Assembly: GCA_964504055.1 (NCBI GenBank)
Contig: CAZDCU010000005.1
Coordinates: 7,802 to 32,000, forward strand
Source of the DNA: an uncultured Methanomassiliicoccales archaeon
GTDB taxonomy: Archaea; Thermoplasmatota; Thermoplasmata; Methanomassiliicoccales; Methanomethylophilaceae
Direction of reading: 5' to 3'
DNA length: 24,199 nt
Of this stretch, positions 15,836 to 23,684 are shown in pieces; the stretch's first letter is position 1; every line of letters begins with the position of its first letter. The translations under genes and the position numbers were made by a program. Under the pieces are notes generated by a model. That model was not told where the DNA came from. It made no database searches and worked only from the letters and a program-made list of their open reading frames with translations.

Positions 15836-16607
15836 TATCATGATAGAACTCAGAGGTGTCTCGAAAGCATACTACATGAAACGCAACATGAGTCGTGCGA
15901 GGATTGTACTTGATAATATCAATCTGAAAATCGAAGATCATGAGTTTGTCTGCATCATCGGTCCGTCGGGATGCGGAAAGACAACAGCCCTCAACATCAT
16001 CGCAGGTTTTGAATCTCCTACATTGGGAGAATGCTACTGCGACGGTGAAAAGGTAGAAAAACCCTCACCGAAAAGAGGTGTCGTCTTCCAGGATTACAGC
16101 CTATTCCCGTGGATGAGTGCCAAAGGAAATGTTATGCTGGCACTCGAATGTCTCAATGTACCCGAAAAGGACAGAGAGGCAATCGCAATGGATGCACTCA
16201 AAAGGGTGCGTATGGCCGAATATGCAGACATGCGCCCCAACACACTCTCGGGCGGAATGCGTCAGAGGGTTGCAATTGCAAGATTATTGGCGATGGATCC
16301 GGACATAATGCTCATGGACGAACCGTTCTCGGCATTGGACGAATACACACGTTCAATCCTTGACAAGGATATCGTCGACATTTGGTCCGAAGAGAAGAAA
16401 ACAGTCGTGTTCGTCACACACATCATCGACGAGGCACTCACTGTTGCCACGAGGATTATCCTGTTATCGGACTCACCCGGAAAGATTGTCAAAGAATGGC
16501 GTCTCGAACCGGGATCCGAAAGGGAACTCACATCCCCGGAATTCATCGCACTTAAGAAGGAGATCATGGAAAATCTGGTCTCAAACAGTAAAGAATACAA
16601 CATTTAA
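15828..16607 (+). CDS. ABC transporter ATP-binding protein, NitT/TauT family
   Basis: Walker A GPSGCGKTT, signature LSGGMRQRVAIAR, Walker B LMDEPFSALD. It overlaps the permease by 8 nt. The alternative start ATG 15840 (MIELRGVSKAY) is equally plausible. Confidence 0.9.
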   Translation: MCDIMIELRGVSKAYYMKRNMSRARIVLDNINLKIEDHEFVCIIGPSGCGKTTALNIIAGFESPTLGECYCDGEKVEKPSPKRGVVFQDYSLFPWMSAKGNVMLALECLNVPEKDREAIAMDALKRVRMAEYADMRPNTLSGGMRQRVAIARLLAMDPDIMLMDEPFSALDEYTRSILDKDIVDIWSEEKKTVVFVTHIIDEALTVATRIILLSDSPGKIVKEWRLEPGSERELTSPEFIALKKEIMENLVSNSKEYNI

Positions 16608-16622
16608 GGAGGGAAACAGAAA

Positions 16623-17756
16623 ATGGATTCAAAGAAAATTCTGGTGATTGTCATCGCAGCGATTGTCGTCATCGGAGGAGTCACAGCTGTTGTTATCAAC
16701 AATAACAACAACGACAAAGGAAAAGAAACAATTTCCATCGCATACCTCAACCTCGGATACTACCCGTTCATGGTAGGATTTGAGAATGGATGGTTTGACA
16801 ACCTTGATTTCAATGTCAAACCGATTGTCGTTACGGGAAGCGGACAGGACGCGGTCAATGCAGTATTGGCCGGAGATGCAACAATGGCAGCAACAGGAGA
16901 TGCTCCGTTCATCAACACACTCGGAAAATACGGAAACGACATTGTCGGACTTACACAGTACACACAGTCATCCGGTTCACTCGCAGGACACATTTGGATT
17001 GCAAACAAGAGCTTGGAAGGTAAGCTCGATGCAATCGAGAAAGATGCAGACGGCGTTGTCTCCAACTCCGCAACAACAGCGGGACAGATCAAGAAAATCA
17101 CCGAAGATAAAGAAGGAAAAAATGGCGGCATCTTCTCTATCGGAGTTATCAACGGTTCGACAACCCACACCAACATCAGGAAATGGTGCCTCTCCAACGG
17201 CCTCACATACGATGAGGGTGCATTGGGTGCAACACTCAAAACAGATGTTGATGTACACATCATTCAGGTCCCCAAGGGATCCGATGCAAGTGTCCTCATC
17301 ACATACCTCGAGAATGTAGATGCACTCGCAACAAACAAGACACTGAACGGAAACATTATGTCATCCACAGCCGGTGACAAAGTCTACGCATTCGGTGACT
17401 CGTCCGCACTCAGCGGAACATCATACAGCGTTCTCTGTACCACACAGGCCAACTACGATAAGTACAAGGATCAGATGATACAGGTTCTCGAAGTCCTCAA
17501 AAATATCGAAGAGTGGATTAAGAAGAATGTTGACGAATCCGCAAAAATCTGTGCAGATCTCAGCAATGACAAAGCAGAAACCATCGTTAAGAACATCAAC
17601 GGTGCGAACTACAAAGTCATCTGGGACACCAACGAAAAGAACTACGACAGCTGGGTCCAAACTGCGAAGATCAACGGTTATAACATCTCGGTAGAGACAT
17701 TCATCAATGCATGTCCCTGCAAAGATACTATAAACGCCTGGTACACAACAGCGTAA
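16623..17756 (+). CDS. membrane-anchored ABC substrate-binding protein (NMT1/SsuA/TauA-like)
   Basis: 377-aa ORF with the N-terminal TM helix ILVIVIAAIVVIGGVTAVVI, then an alpha/beta binding-protein-like sequence. It is third in the transporter operon, and GGAGGG precedes the ATG. Confidence 0.7.
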   Translation: MDSKKILVIVIAAIVVIGGVTAVVINNNNNDKGKETISIAYLNLGYYPFMVGFENGWFDNLDFNVKPIVVTGSGQDAVNAVLAGDATMAATGDAPFINTLGKYGNDIVGLTQYTQSSGSLAGHIWIANKSLEGKLDAIEKDADGVVSNSATTAGQIKKITEDKEGKNGGIFSIGVINGSTTHTNIRKWCLSNGLTYDEGALGATLKTDVDVHIIQVPKGSDASVLITYLENVDALATNKTLNGNIMSSTAGDKVYAFGDSSALSGTSYSVLCTTQANYDKYKDQMIQVLEVLKNIEEWIKKNVDESAKICADLSNDKAETIVKNINGANYKVIWDTNEKNYDSWVQTAKINGYNISVETFINACPCKDTINAWYTTA

Positions 17757-17765
17757 AACCATAAC

Positions 17766-17787
17766 GTCCCCTCCCCTGGGAGGGGAC
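17766..17787. terminator. GC-rich hairpin between convergent genes, followed by a T-run
   Basis: GTCCCCTCC-CCTG-GGAGGGGAC (a perfect 9-bp stem), then ATTATTCTTTTT. Confidence 0.5.
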
Positions 17788-17800
17788 AGATTATTCTTTT

Positions 17801-18181
17801 TCAGTTTTGTTTCATCTCTTCGTACTTGAGATTCGAACCTCTGCTGACATCTACGGGATATTTTGCATTGTTTTTTGCAATCTTTTCATTCAACGCGGTG
17901 CAGAGATCGATATTATTCATCTGAGCAAATCTGAGAACAAAGTAAAACACATCAGCCAATTCGTCCCTGATGTCTTCGGATCTTGATGCATCCTCAAACA
18001 ATGCTTTACTCTGTTCCTCGGTTTTGAATCTGAATATCTCCAGGAGCTCCGCCGATTCGGTTGCCATGCCTATCGCAAGATCCTTGGGATTGTGGAACAT
18101 GTCCCAATCCCTCTCTTCGCAGAATTTCTTAACGGTATCTTTCGCATGTTCAATCGTACACTCGGCATCGCCCGCTGTCAT
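17801..18181 (-). CDS. MazG-like nucleoside triphosphate pyrophosphohydrolase (DCTPP1/RS21-C6-like)
   Basis: 126-aa ORF with FCEERDWDMFHNPKDLAIGMATESAELLEIFRFK and IRDELADVFYFVLRFAQ, the EExxE...D metal-binding helices of the all-alpha NTP-PPase fold. Confidence 0.8.
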   Translation of the reverse strand: MTAGDAECTIEHAKDTVKKFCEERDWDMFHNPKDLAIGMATESAELLEIFRFKTEEQSKALFEDASRSEDIRDELADVFYFVLRFAQMNNIDLCTALNEKIAKNNAKYPVDVSRGSNLKYEEMKQN

Positions 18182-18209
18182 GGATACCTGTTTGACTTAC
18201 GGCAAGATA

Positions 18210-19133
18210 TTACTTTCCGTTCTCTACGGAAAATTCCGATCTGACAGCGGCGTTTGCCTCATCACGTAAACTCTCGAAAGGATCTTTGTATCTGAACCTC
18301 ACCGCCCTCGTACGACCTTCCTTGTGAAGTATTCCTCTCTCCGCCAAATCCGTAAGTTTCGCTCTTACCGACTGATCCTCAAGGCCGTCCGTCCACACAG
18401 ATGCATCCTGTATCGTGAATGTCCCGCTGCGTATACGCGAATGTTTAACGAACGAAATCTCATTTCCGTCCAAACCTGTTGTTATGTCCCTTTCGACACA
18501 GTATTCAGCCGTCTCGGAATATGCATCATACAGTACTGATATCAAATGTTCCAGAATCTCCTGAACCGTACTGTCCTCCGGAACAAGTTTGAACAATGCC
18601 GCATCGGTTTTGCACATCCCGATGTTTCCGAGGCCTGTCGCATACAGCAGTCTGTGCAGAAGTGCCGATGCTTCTCTCATACTCATGTACTGCGACATTT
18701 CACTGTAAAATACGGAAGCAGTCACCAGCGAATCGTACGGAGACGTATTCACGAAATCAATCAGTTCGGATTCTCCTTCTCTTACTATGATGATATCCGT
18801 TCCCAATATGTATGAGCACATCCGGCGCACATCCGAGACGTCCCACGGAAGATTTCCGAGACCGTCGGAGATACGTGCGTATATCAGATACAGTGCGCTC
18901 ACCTCGGAATCGCTCTGAGGTTCGGCCTCACCGCGGCATAATTTCATTACGACATCATACGGAACATCGATTTCATCTTCGGCGAGACTGCACGAGACAT
19001 TGTCCGCCAAAGCACCGTAGAGAAGATTCCCCATATCGTTCTCGCCGAGTATGAACTCCCCGAGCCTGTAATCCATGAAGCGGATTTCCTGTATCTTTTT
19101 CTGCAGTTCCGAATTGATAACGGCATCGATCAT
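18210..19133 (-). CDS. hypothetical protein with a possible degenerate Fic-like fold and a C-terminal winged-helix
   Basis: 307-aa ORF. By eye the spacing of blocks (SCSLAEDEI; SEVSALYLIYARI; IIIVREGE; SPYDSLVTASVFYSEMSQYMSMREASALLHRLLY) resembles a Fic domain, but the HxFx(D/E)GNGRxxR motif is absent. The C-terminal VRAKLTDLAERGILHKEGRTRAVRFRY looks like a wHTH. The gene call is solid. The fold assignment is weak. Confidence 0.55.
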   Translation of the reverse strand: MIDAVINSELQKKIQEIRFMDYRLGEFILGENDMGNLLYGALADNVSCSLAEDEIDVPYDVVMKLCRGEAEPQSDSEVSALYLIYARISDGLGNLPWDVSDVRRMCSYILGTDIIIVREGESELIDFVNTSPYDSLVTASVFYSEMSQYMSMREASALLHRLLYATGLGNIGMCKTDAALFKLVPEDSTVQEILEHLISVLYDAYSETAEYCVERDITTGLDGNEISFVKHSRIRSGTFTIQDASVWTDGLEDQSVRAKLTDLAERGILHKEGRTRAVRFRYKDPFESLRDEANAAVRSEFSVENGK

Positions 19134-19345
19134 CAGATCACTCTTACCCTTACCGTTACACCCTTTTCCGAACGTCTGCTCCCGCCCGATACCCAGAACG
19201 TACCTCTTTCACAATCCGCGGACCCTCTTCCGCGGTAATCGGGATCGACGGCAAACTGTCCCTCGATAACATCCAACTCTCTGTCCCTGCCTGTACGCAG
19301 AACAACATCACATTCCTCCGAAGGAGGCCCACAATTCGGAATCAT
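19133..19345 (-). CDS. hypothetical 70-aa protein, first gene of the operon
   Basis: Its stop overlaps the ATG of the 307-aa gene by 1 nt (TGATG). A TATA-like element (minus strand CATTATATATC, 19366-19376) lies about 21 nt upstream of the ATG. No family was recognised. Confidence 0.45.
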   Translation of the reverse strand: MIPNCGPPSEECDVVLRTGRDRELDVIEGQFAVDPDYRGRGSADCERGTFWVSGGSRRSEKGVTVRVRVI

Positions 19346-19365
19346 ACATCCTCATTGAGGCTGTT

Positions 19366-19376
19366 GATATATAATG
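19366..19376 (-). promoter_or_regulatory. candidate TATA box for the 19345-17801 operon (leaderless-type spacing)
   Basis: The plus strand GATATATAATG is CATTATATATC on the minus strand, and its proximal edge is about 21 nt from ATG 19345. Confidence 0.35.
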
Positions 19377-19419
19377 ATTTCTTGATTAAGATATGTTTAT
19401 ATCGTAATCGTTTATCCCC

Positions 19420-19439
19420 GCGGCCCCGTCAGGGGCCGC
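19420..19439. terminator. GC-rich perfect hairpin after the 19449-20051 gene
   Basis: GCGGCCCC-GTCA-GGGGCCGC lies 10 nt beyond the minus-strand stop codon. Confidence 0.5.
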
Positions 19440-19448
19440 AGGAATGAT

Positions 19449-20051
19449 TCATTCGAAGAAAATCTTCATGCGTTCCTCTCCTCTCTTGGATTCGATAAAC
19501 GCTTCGCGGTCGTCGTAATATGAACCGACTTCCTTCGGAATCTTCAGCAGACGGAGTATTACCGCAATAATCAACGCACCCGTAAACATCATACCTATGC
19601 TGAGTGTCGCGTCCTGTCCGTTAATCGGAAGAACAACCGTCATCAGATCGGAAAGATCTCCGAAGTTCATCACGATAACATATCTTATTGCACTGTAAAC
19701 GGAAACGAGTGTACAGAAAATCATACGGCCGATGTTTCCGCTTCTGTAGAATCCTCTGAAGAATGCGAGAGGTACCGTAACAATACCTGTCATCCACGCT
19801 CTCTTAAACAGAGCGATAAGACCTTCCGTATCGCATTTTGCGAGATAATCTTCGATTGAAGTTGTATCCACATCATATCCGAATGCAGCGACGAACGATC
19901 TGAGTGTTTCCGGTTCCGTAAGCATATCCGCAAGGAATTTGGGGATCAGCACAGCCAAAACCACCGCTATGAATGCACGTATGATTCCTCTGATAACGGA
20001 TCCGTAAACCCAGACGGCTTTGAATTCCCGTCCTTTGGAGACTTTGTTCAT
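19449..20051 (-). CDS. hypothetical polytopic membrane protein
   Basis: 200-aa ORF with several hydrophobic helices (IIRAFIAVVLAVLIP, MTGIVTVPLAFF, IFCTLVSVYSAIRYVIV, MMFTGALIIAVILRLL). Its ATGA start overlaps the stop of the upstream gene. Confidence 0.7.
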   Translation of the reverse strand: MNKVSKGREFKAVWVYGSVIRGIIRAFIAVVLAVLIPKFLADMLTEPETLRSFVAAFGYDVDTTSIEDYLAKCDTEGLIALFKRAWMTGIVTVPLAFFRGFYRSGNIGRMIFCTLVSVYSAIRYVIVMNFGDLSDLMTVVLPINGQDATLSIGMMFTGALIIAVILRLLKIPKEVGSYYDDREAFIESKRGEERMKIFFE

Positions 20052-21046
20052 GCGGATGCCCCCTCGAGATATGTCAGGAATTTTACAATCTGTTCGGCCT
20101 GATCTTTCTCTATTGTTACGACAGATCCGCTGTATGTGATTATGATCTTTCCGTCCTCATCCGTCATATCCTTGAGGAATGACGAAAGTGAATCATACGT
20201 ACCGAGATCGACTTTCACCGTTCCGAGTTCGCCTGAAACAGATGCAGATATGCCGAGACCGCAGATGTCTCCTCCGTCGATACTTGATATCAGATCCGCA
20301 ATGATCGAGGAACCGTCGCCCAATGAGATGTCGAAAGTTTCCGTACCCGTACTGCTGTCGATTGTAACGGTTGTGTTGGCAATACCCATCAGATTTCCGA
20401 GATTTCCGATCATACTGAAGGACATCAGGAATATGTACGAAACATTGAGATCCATCACAACGTCGCATCCCATCGCCTGAAGAACCGTAAAGGTAGACAT
20501 TGGAATAGAAACGGTAAGTTTCATCATTCCGCCGTTTATCTCGACTTTGGAATCGGTCATCGATTTGAAATCACCTTTTTCAAAATACAATTTGAGATCG
20601 GGTTTGGTGTACTTCGCCGCCATTTCGGATGTTTTCATGGTGACTGTAATGATTTTGTCATCATCCGTGGATTCGTCGACCATTATCATCCTTACGATTT
20701 TTCCGTTTTCGTCCGTTACGGAATAGGACGTTGCTCCTGCCGTCATGATATTGTCGGCAACGGTGTCGGCATCGTCCTTGGACCCCAAAGTCTCATGTGT
20801 CAGACCGTATACGACGATTCTTCCTCCTCTGTCGTACGCATTGGAGATATTCGTCGATACAGAACTCTCGGGCGTATCGTCCCTGATTATGAATACCGCA
20901 TCCTCGCCGATACTTATGTCGGCCGTAAGGTGTACTCCTCCGTCATCGATTTTGATAAAAACCGAAAGTAAAGGTGCCATCATGGCCAGAACGATTATCA
21001 GTACGGCTATGCCGACAATCAGTCTCGCCTTCGTCCTGTTCTTCAT
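20048..21046 (-). CDS. hypothetical N-terminally anchored extracytoplasmic protein
   Basis: 332-aa ORF with one N-terminal TM helix (LIVGIAVLIIVLAMMAPLLSVFI), then a Ser/Thr/Asp/Gly-rich, beta-looking sequence with no motif recognised. Confidence 0.65.
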   Translation of the reverse strand: MKNRTKARLIVGIAVLIIVLAMMAPLLSVFIKIDDGGVHLTADISIGEDAVFIIRDDTPESSVSTNISNAYDRGGRIVVYGLTHETLGSKDDADTVADNIMTAGATSYSVTDENGKIVRMIMVDESTDDDKIITVTMKTSEMAAKYTKPDLKLYFEKGDFKSMTDSKVEINGGMMKLTVSIPMSTFTVLQAMGCDVVMDLNVSYIFLMSFSMIGNLGNLMGIANTTVTIDSSTGTETFDISLGDGSSIIADLISSIDGGDICGLGISASVSGELGTVKVDLGTYDSLSSFLKDMTDEDGKIIITYSGSVVTIEKDQAEQIVKFLTYLEGASA

Positions 21047-21134
21047 AGCATATCTAATGTTACGGACACAATATAATAGTTGACCGCCGACGGTAACTAT
21101 TAATCAACATCAGATTATTTCGGATGCCAATACA

Positions 21135-21986
21135 ATGAAATCGGCGATATTCTACTGTCCGAAATCCTGCAACGGGAAACACCGCAACGATATGGAAAAG
21201 ATAGTGGAATACATGAAAAACAGCAACGCCGATTTTTCATATCTCGAACTGAACGGAGAGACTCCCGAAGATATTGTAAAATTCTGCGAATCTTCCGATG
21301 TAATCGTAATCGGAGGGGGAGACGGCACGGTAAACCGTGTTATCAACGCAACGTACACCATGAACAAACCGTACGTACTGTTACCGTTCGGTTCCGGTAA
21401 CGATTTTGCGAGATCTTTCCAATGTCCGAAAGACGGGAAAGGATTGTCGGAAACACTGAATAAAATGCACGGACAGACCGTGGATCTCTGGGAACTGAAC
21501 GAAAATACGGTGTTTGTTCAGAGCATCTTCATCGGATTGTCCATAAAAACCATAGAAATCAAGAACGAACTCGGGTGCAACGGATATCTGAAACCTATAA
21601 TCAAGGCGCTTTCCGTATACGAACCGGAACACGTTCATGTTTCCGCCGGTGAAGAGACAGCGGACGGCCGTTATCTCATGGCTGCGGTTCAGAATGTGAA
21701 AACTACCTGCAACGGACTGAAGATGACTCCTTCTTCGAAAGTCGATGACGGGAAACTCGAGGTAATTGTCTGTCCCTATGTCGGAAGATACCGCCTGATT
21801 ATGAATCTCTTATCCACGAAAACATCGTGGGTCTGCAACCAGCCCAATGCAACTGTTCTGACATCGGATCATGTTCACATCGAAGGCGACGGAGAAATGA
21901 CATACACAGTCGACGGAGAAGTGAAGAAATCTATGGGTTTGGATATCAGACTCTCCGACAGGAAAATTACGATACTGAGTCTCTGA
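21135..21986 (+). CDS. diacylglycerol-kinase-family lipid kinase (YegS/BmrU-like)
   Basis: 283-aa ORF with VIVIGGGDGTVNRVIN and LLPFGSGNDFARSF (DAGK catalytic-domain motifs). Confidence 0.85.
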   Translation: MKSAIFYCPKSCNGKHRNDMEKIVEYMKNSNADFSYLELNGETPEDIVKFCESSDVIVIGGGDGTVNRVINATYTMNKPYVLLPFGSGNDFARSFQCPKDGKGLSETLNKMHGQTVDLWELNENTVFVQSIFIGLSIKTIEIKNELGCNGYLKPIIKALSVYEPEHVHVSAGEETADGRYLMAAVQNVKTTCNGLKMTPSSKVDDGKLEVIVCPYVGRYRLIMNLLSTKTSWVCNQPNATVLTSDHVHIEGDGEMTYTVDGEVKKSMGLDIRLSDRKITILSL

Positions 21987-22000
21987 TTTCAAAGAGGTGA

Positions 22001-22337
22001 CTGAGTATACCGATTGATTTCAACAATACGGAAGAGATCACCGTGCCGGGAATGAATAACGAAACCGGTACAATAAGTGCAAAGATGCATATCTGTAAGC
22101 AGTGAAAAATAATTCCGTGTTCTGTTCATCCCGGCAGTTCCATCGGTTATCATAAGCATGAAACCAGTGATGACATTAACTACGTAATTTCCGGTAACGG
22201 AAAAGCAATATGCGACGGACATGAAGAAATTCTGTATTGCAGGAGCCTGTCAGATATGCAGAAGGGGCTCGTCACACAGTATCGAAAATACCGGAAACAA
22301 AGACCTGATTCTGCTTACAGTTGTTGTGGAACAGTAA
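22001..22337 (+). pseudogene. decayed cupin-domain gene
   Basis: Own translation gives ...IDFNNTEEITVPGMNNETGTISAKMHICKQ, then an in-frame TGA (22103-22105), then KIIPCSVHPGSSIGYHKHETSDDINYVISGNGKAICDGHEEIL (cupin motif 1). A +1 frame change near 22232-22236 leads into IAGACQICRRGSSHSIENTGNKDLILLTVVVEQ* (cupin motif 2, stop 22335-22337). There is no canonical start after the upstream in-frame TGA (21998-22000). Confidence 0.7.
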
Positions 22338-22349
22338 TCCGAGCCTGGA

Positions 22350-22420
22350 AAGTTTTGTTCATTTTTTCCGGAAACTTCAATTCGGATTCAAGTTTTGTTC
22401 AAAATTTCCCGAAACTTTCA
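22350..22420. repeat. tandem ~30-nt imperfect direct repeat, each unit with AAGTTT...AAACTT dyad symmetry
   Basis: R1 22350-22379 is AAGTTTTGTTCATTTTTTCCGGAAACTTCA. R2 22390-22420 is AAGTTTTGTTCAAAATTTCCCGAAACTTTCA. R1 contains the 10-nt palindrome TTTCCGGAAA (22365-22374). Confidence 0.6.
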
Positions 22421-22493
22421 CCGTTATTCCGATATGTATTCCGCATCCGAATCAAGGACATGTTTTAGTACAGTAAACTTAGTACGGCATAAT

Positions 22494-22847
22494 ATGAGTA
22501 CAACTACCGGCGAATGGAACAAACTCGGTTTCGCTGTCGCTATCCTGATTATCGGTTTCGCGCTGTTGGCGTTTCTTCTCCAGGCCGATGTGATTTACAT
22601 TGTGGGCGGTGCACTGACTGTGTTCGGAGTGTACCTTCTCCTGTCATCTATTATGAAAGATCACAAAATCGATCAGATGGGTACATCCGAATCGGGTTCC
22701 GCACTTTGGCTCGGATCCATTGTGACTGCTTTCGGTCTCGCAACCATGTCCTACGGTATCAAAAACAACTGGATGGTCCCCGTTGCGGTATTCCTCATTG
22801 CGATGGCAGTCTACATCATATACACGGTCGCAGCCAAGAGGATGTAA
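22494..22847 (+). CDS. small hypothetical membrane protein (about four TM helices)
   Basis: The internal ATG of track ORF 22395-22847 gives MSTTTGEWNKLGFAVAILIIGFALLAFLL... The upstream 33 codons lie in the repeat and spacer region and look non-coding. Confidence 0.6.
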   Translation: MSTTTGEWNKLGFAVAILIIGFALLAFLLQADVIYIVGGALTVFGVYLLLSSIMKDHKIDQMGTSESGSALWLGSIVTAFGLATMSYGIKNNWMVPVAVFLIAMAVYIIYTVAAKRM

Positions 22848-22896
22848 AGATCCGATATGTGAACCCTTAATTACGAAACGGTACATCCGGTAAGAT

Positions 22897-23454
22897 ATGG
22901 ATGCCGTTTCCCTGATTCTCATAGCCGTAGGGCTTGCGATGGACGCCTTCGCAGTATCCATCTGCAAAGGATTGGCAATGAGAAAACCGTCGCTGAAGTC
23001 GATGGTGATAATCGGACTGTGGTTCGGAGGCTTCCAGGCTCTGATGCCCACAATCGGTTATCTTTTGGGTTCGTCATTTCATTCTTACATTGAAAATATC
23101 GACCATTGGATTGCGTTCATTCTTCTGCTGATCATAGGAGTGAACATGATCAGGGAATCCTTCAGTGACGAGGAAAACGTAGACGACAGTATCGGATTCA
23201 AAGTAATGCTGTTACTTGCAATCGCGACAAGTATCGATGCCCTGGCTGTAGGAATCTCTCTTGCAATGACCGGTGCGGACATTGTGTTATCTGCATCTGT
23301 CATAGGATTGATTACGTTCGCAATCGCCGCAGTCGGTGTAAAAATCGGAAGTATCTTCGGAGACAAATACAGCAACAAAGCGGAATTCGCCGGAGGCTGT
23401 ATTCTTATCCTCATAGGACTGAAGATTCTTCTCGAACATCTCGGCGTTCTGTGA
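22897..23454 (+). CDS. mntP: manganese efflux pump MntP family protein
   Basis: 185-aa ORF with the duplicated LAMDAFAVSI / IATSIDALAVGISLA motifs and about six TM helices. Confidence 0.85.
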   Translation: MDAVSLILIAVGLAMDAFAVSICKGLAMRKPSLKSMVIIGLWFGGFQALMPTIGYLLGSSFHSYIENIDHWIAFILLLIIGVNMIRESFSDEENVDDSIGFKVMLLLAIATSIDALAVGISLAMTGADIVLSASVIGLITFAIAAVGVKIGSIFGDKYSNKAEFAGGCILILIGLKILLEHLGVL

Positions 23455-23495
23455 AATCCCGTATATAGGGGTACTGTGTTCCGAGCCTCGATATC

Positions 23496-23639
23496 ATGCC
23501 GATGAGCAAGAAACAACTCGAGAAGAACAAGCAGAAACAGAAGGCTGAGGCCGCAGAGCTTGAAAAAGCAGCCGCAAGCGGTGACGGCGAAGCCAAGAGG
23601 AAGCTTGAGAAGCTCCAGAAAAAAATGGCAAAGAAATAA
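23496..23639 (+). CDS. hypothetical 47-aa Lys/Glu-rich helical peptide (below ORF-track cutoff)
   Basis: Own translation: MPMSKKQLEKNKQKQKAEAAELEKAAASGDGEAKRKLEKLQKKMAKK. GTATATAG (23461-23468) lies about 28 nt upstream of the ATG, and a strong hairpin follows the stop. The two overlapping minus-strand track ORFs have low-complexity Ser/Ala/Leu sequences. Confidence 0.4.
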   Translation: MPMSKKQLEKNKQKQKAEAAELEKAAASGDGEAKRKLEKLQKKMAKK

Positions 23640-23648
23640 ACACGTATT

Positions 23649-23674
23649 CCGCAGAGGGTTTTACCCCTCTGCGG
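23649..23674. terminator. GC-rich hairpin between convergent genes
   Basis: CCGCAGAGGG-TTTTAC-CCCTCTGCGG (a perfect 10-bp stem). Confidence 0.5.
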
Positions 23675-23684
23675 CGTAATATTT

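Noticed and set aside
22103-22105. In-frame TGA in the cupin relic as possible selenocysteine or recoding
   Set aside because: The same gene also has a frame change and lacks a start codon, and no SECIS-like hairpin is evident. Pseudogenisation is the simpler explanation.
21989-22222. 77-aa minus-strand ORF, and the plus-strand ORF 22256-22468
   Set aside because: Both cover the decayed cupin gene. The plus-strand cupin motifs explain the open frames better.
22848-22896. Possible Mn-responsive riboswitch (yybP-ykoY type) ahead of mntP
   Set aside because: The spacer is only 49 nt with no extended pairing, which is too short for that riboswitch class.
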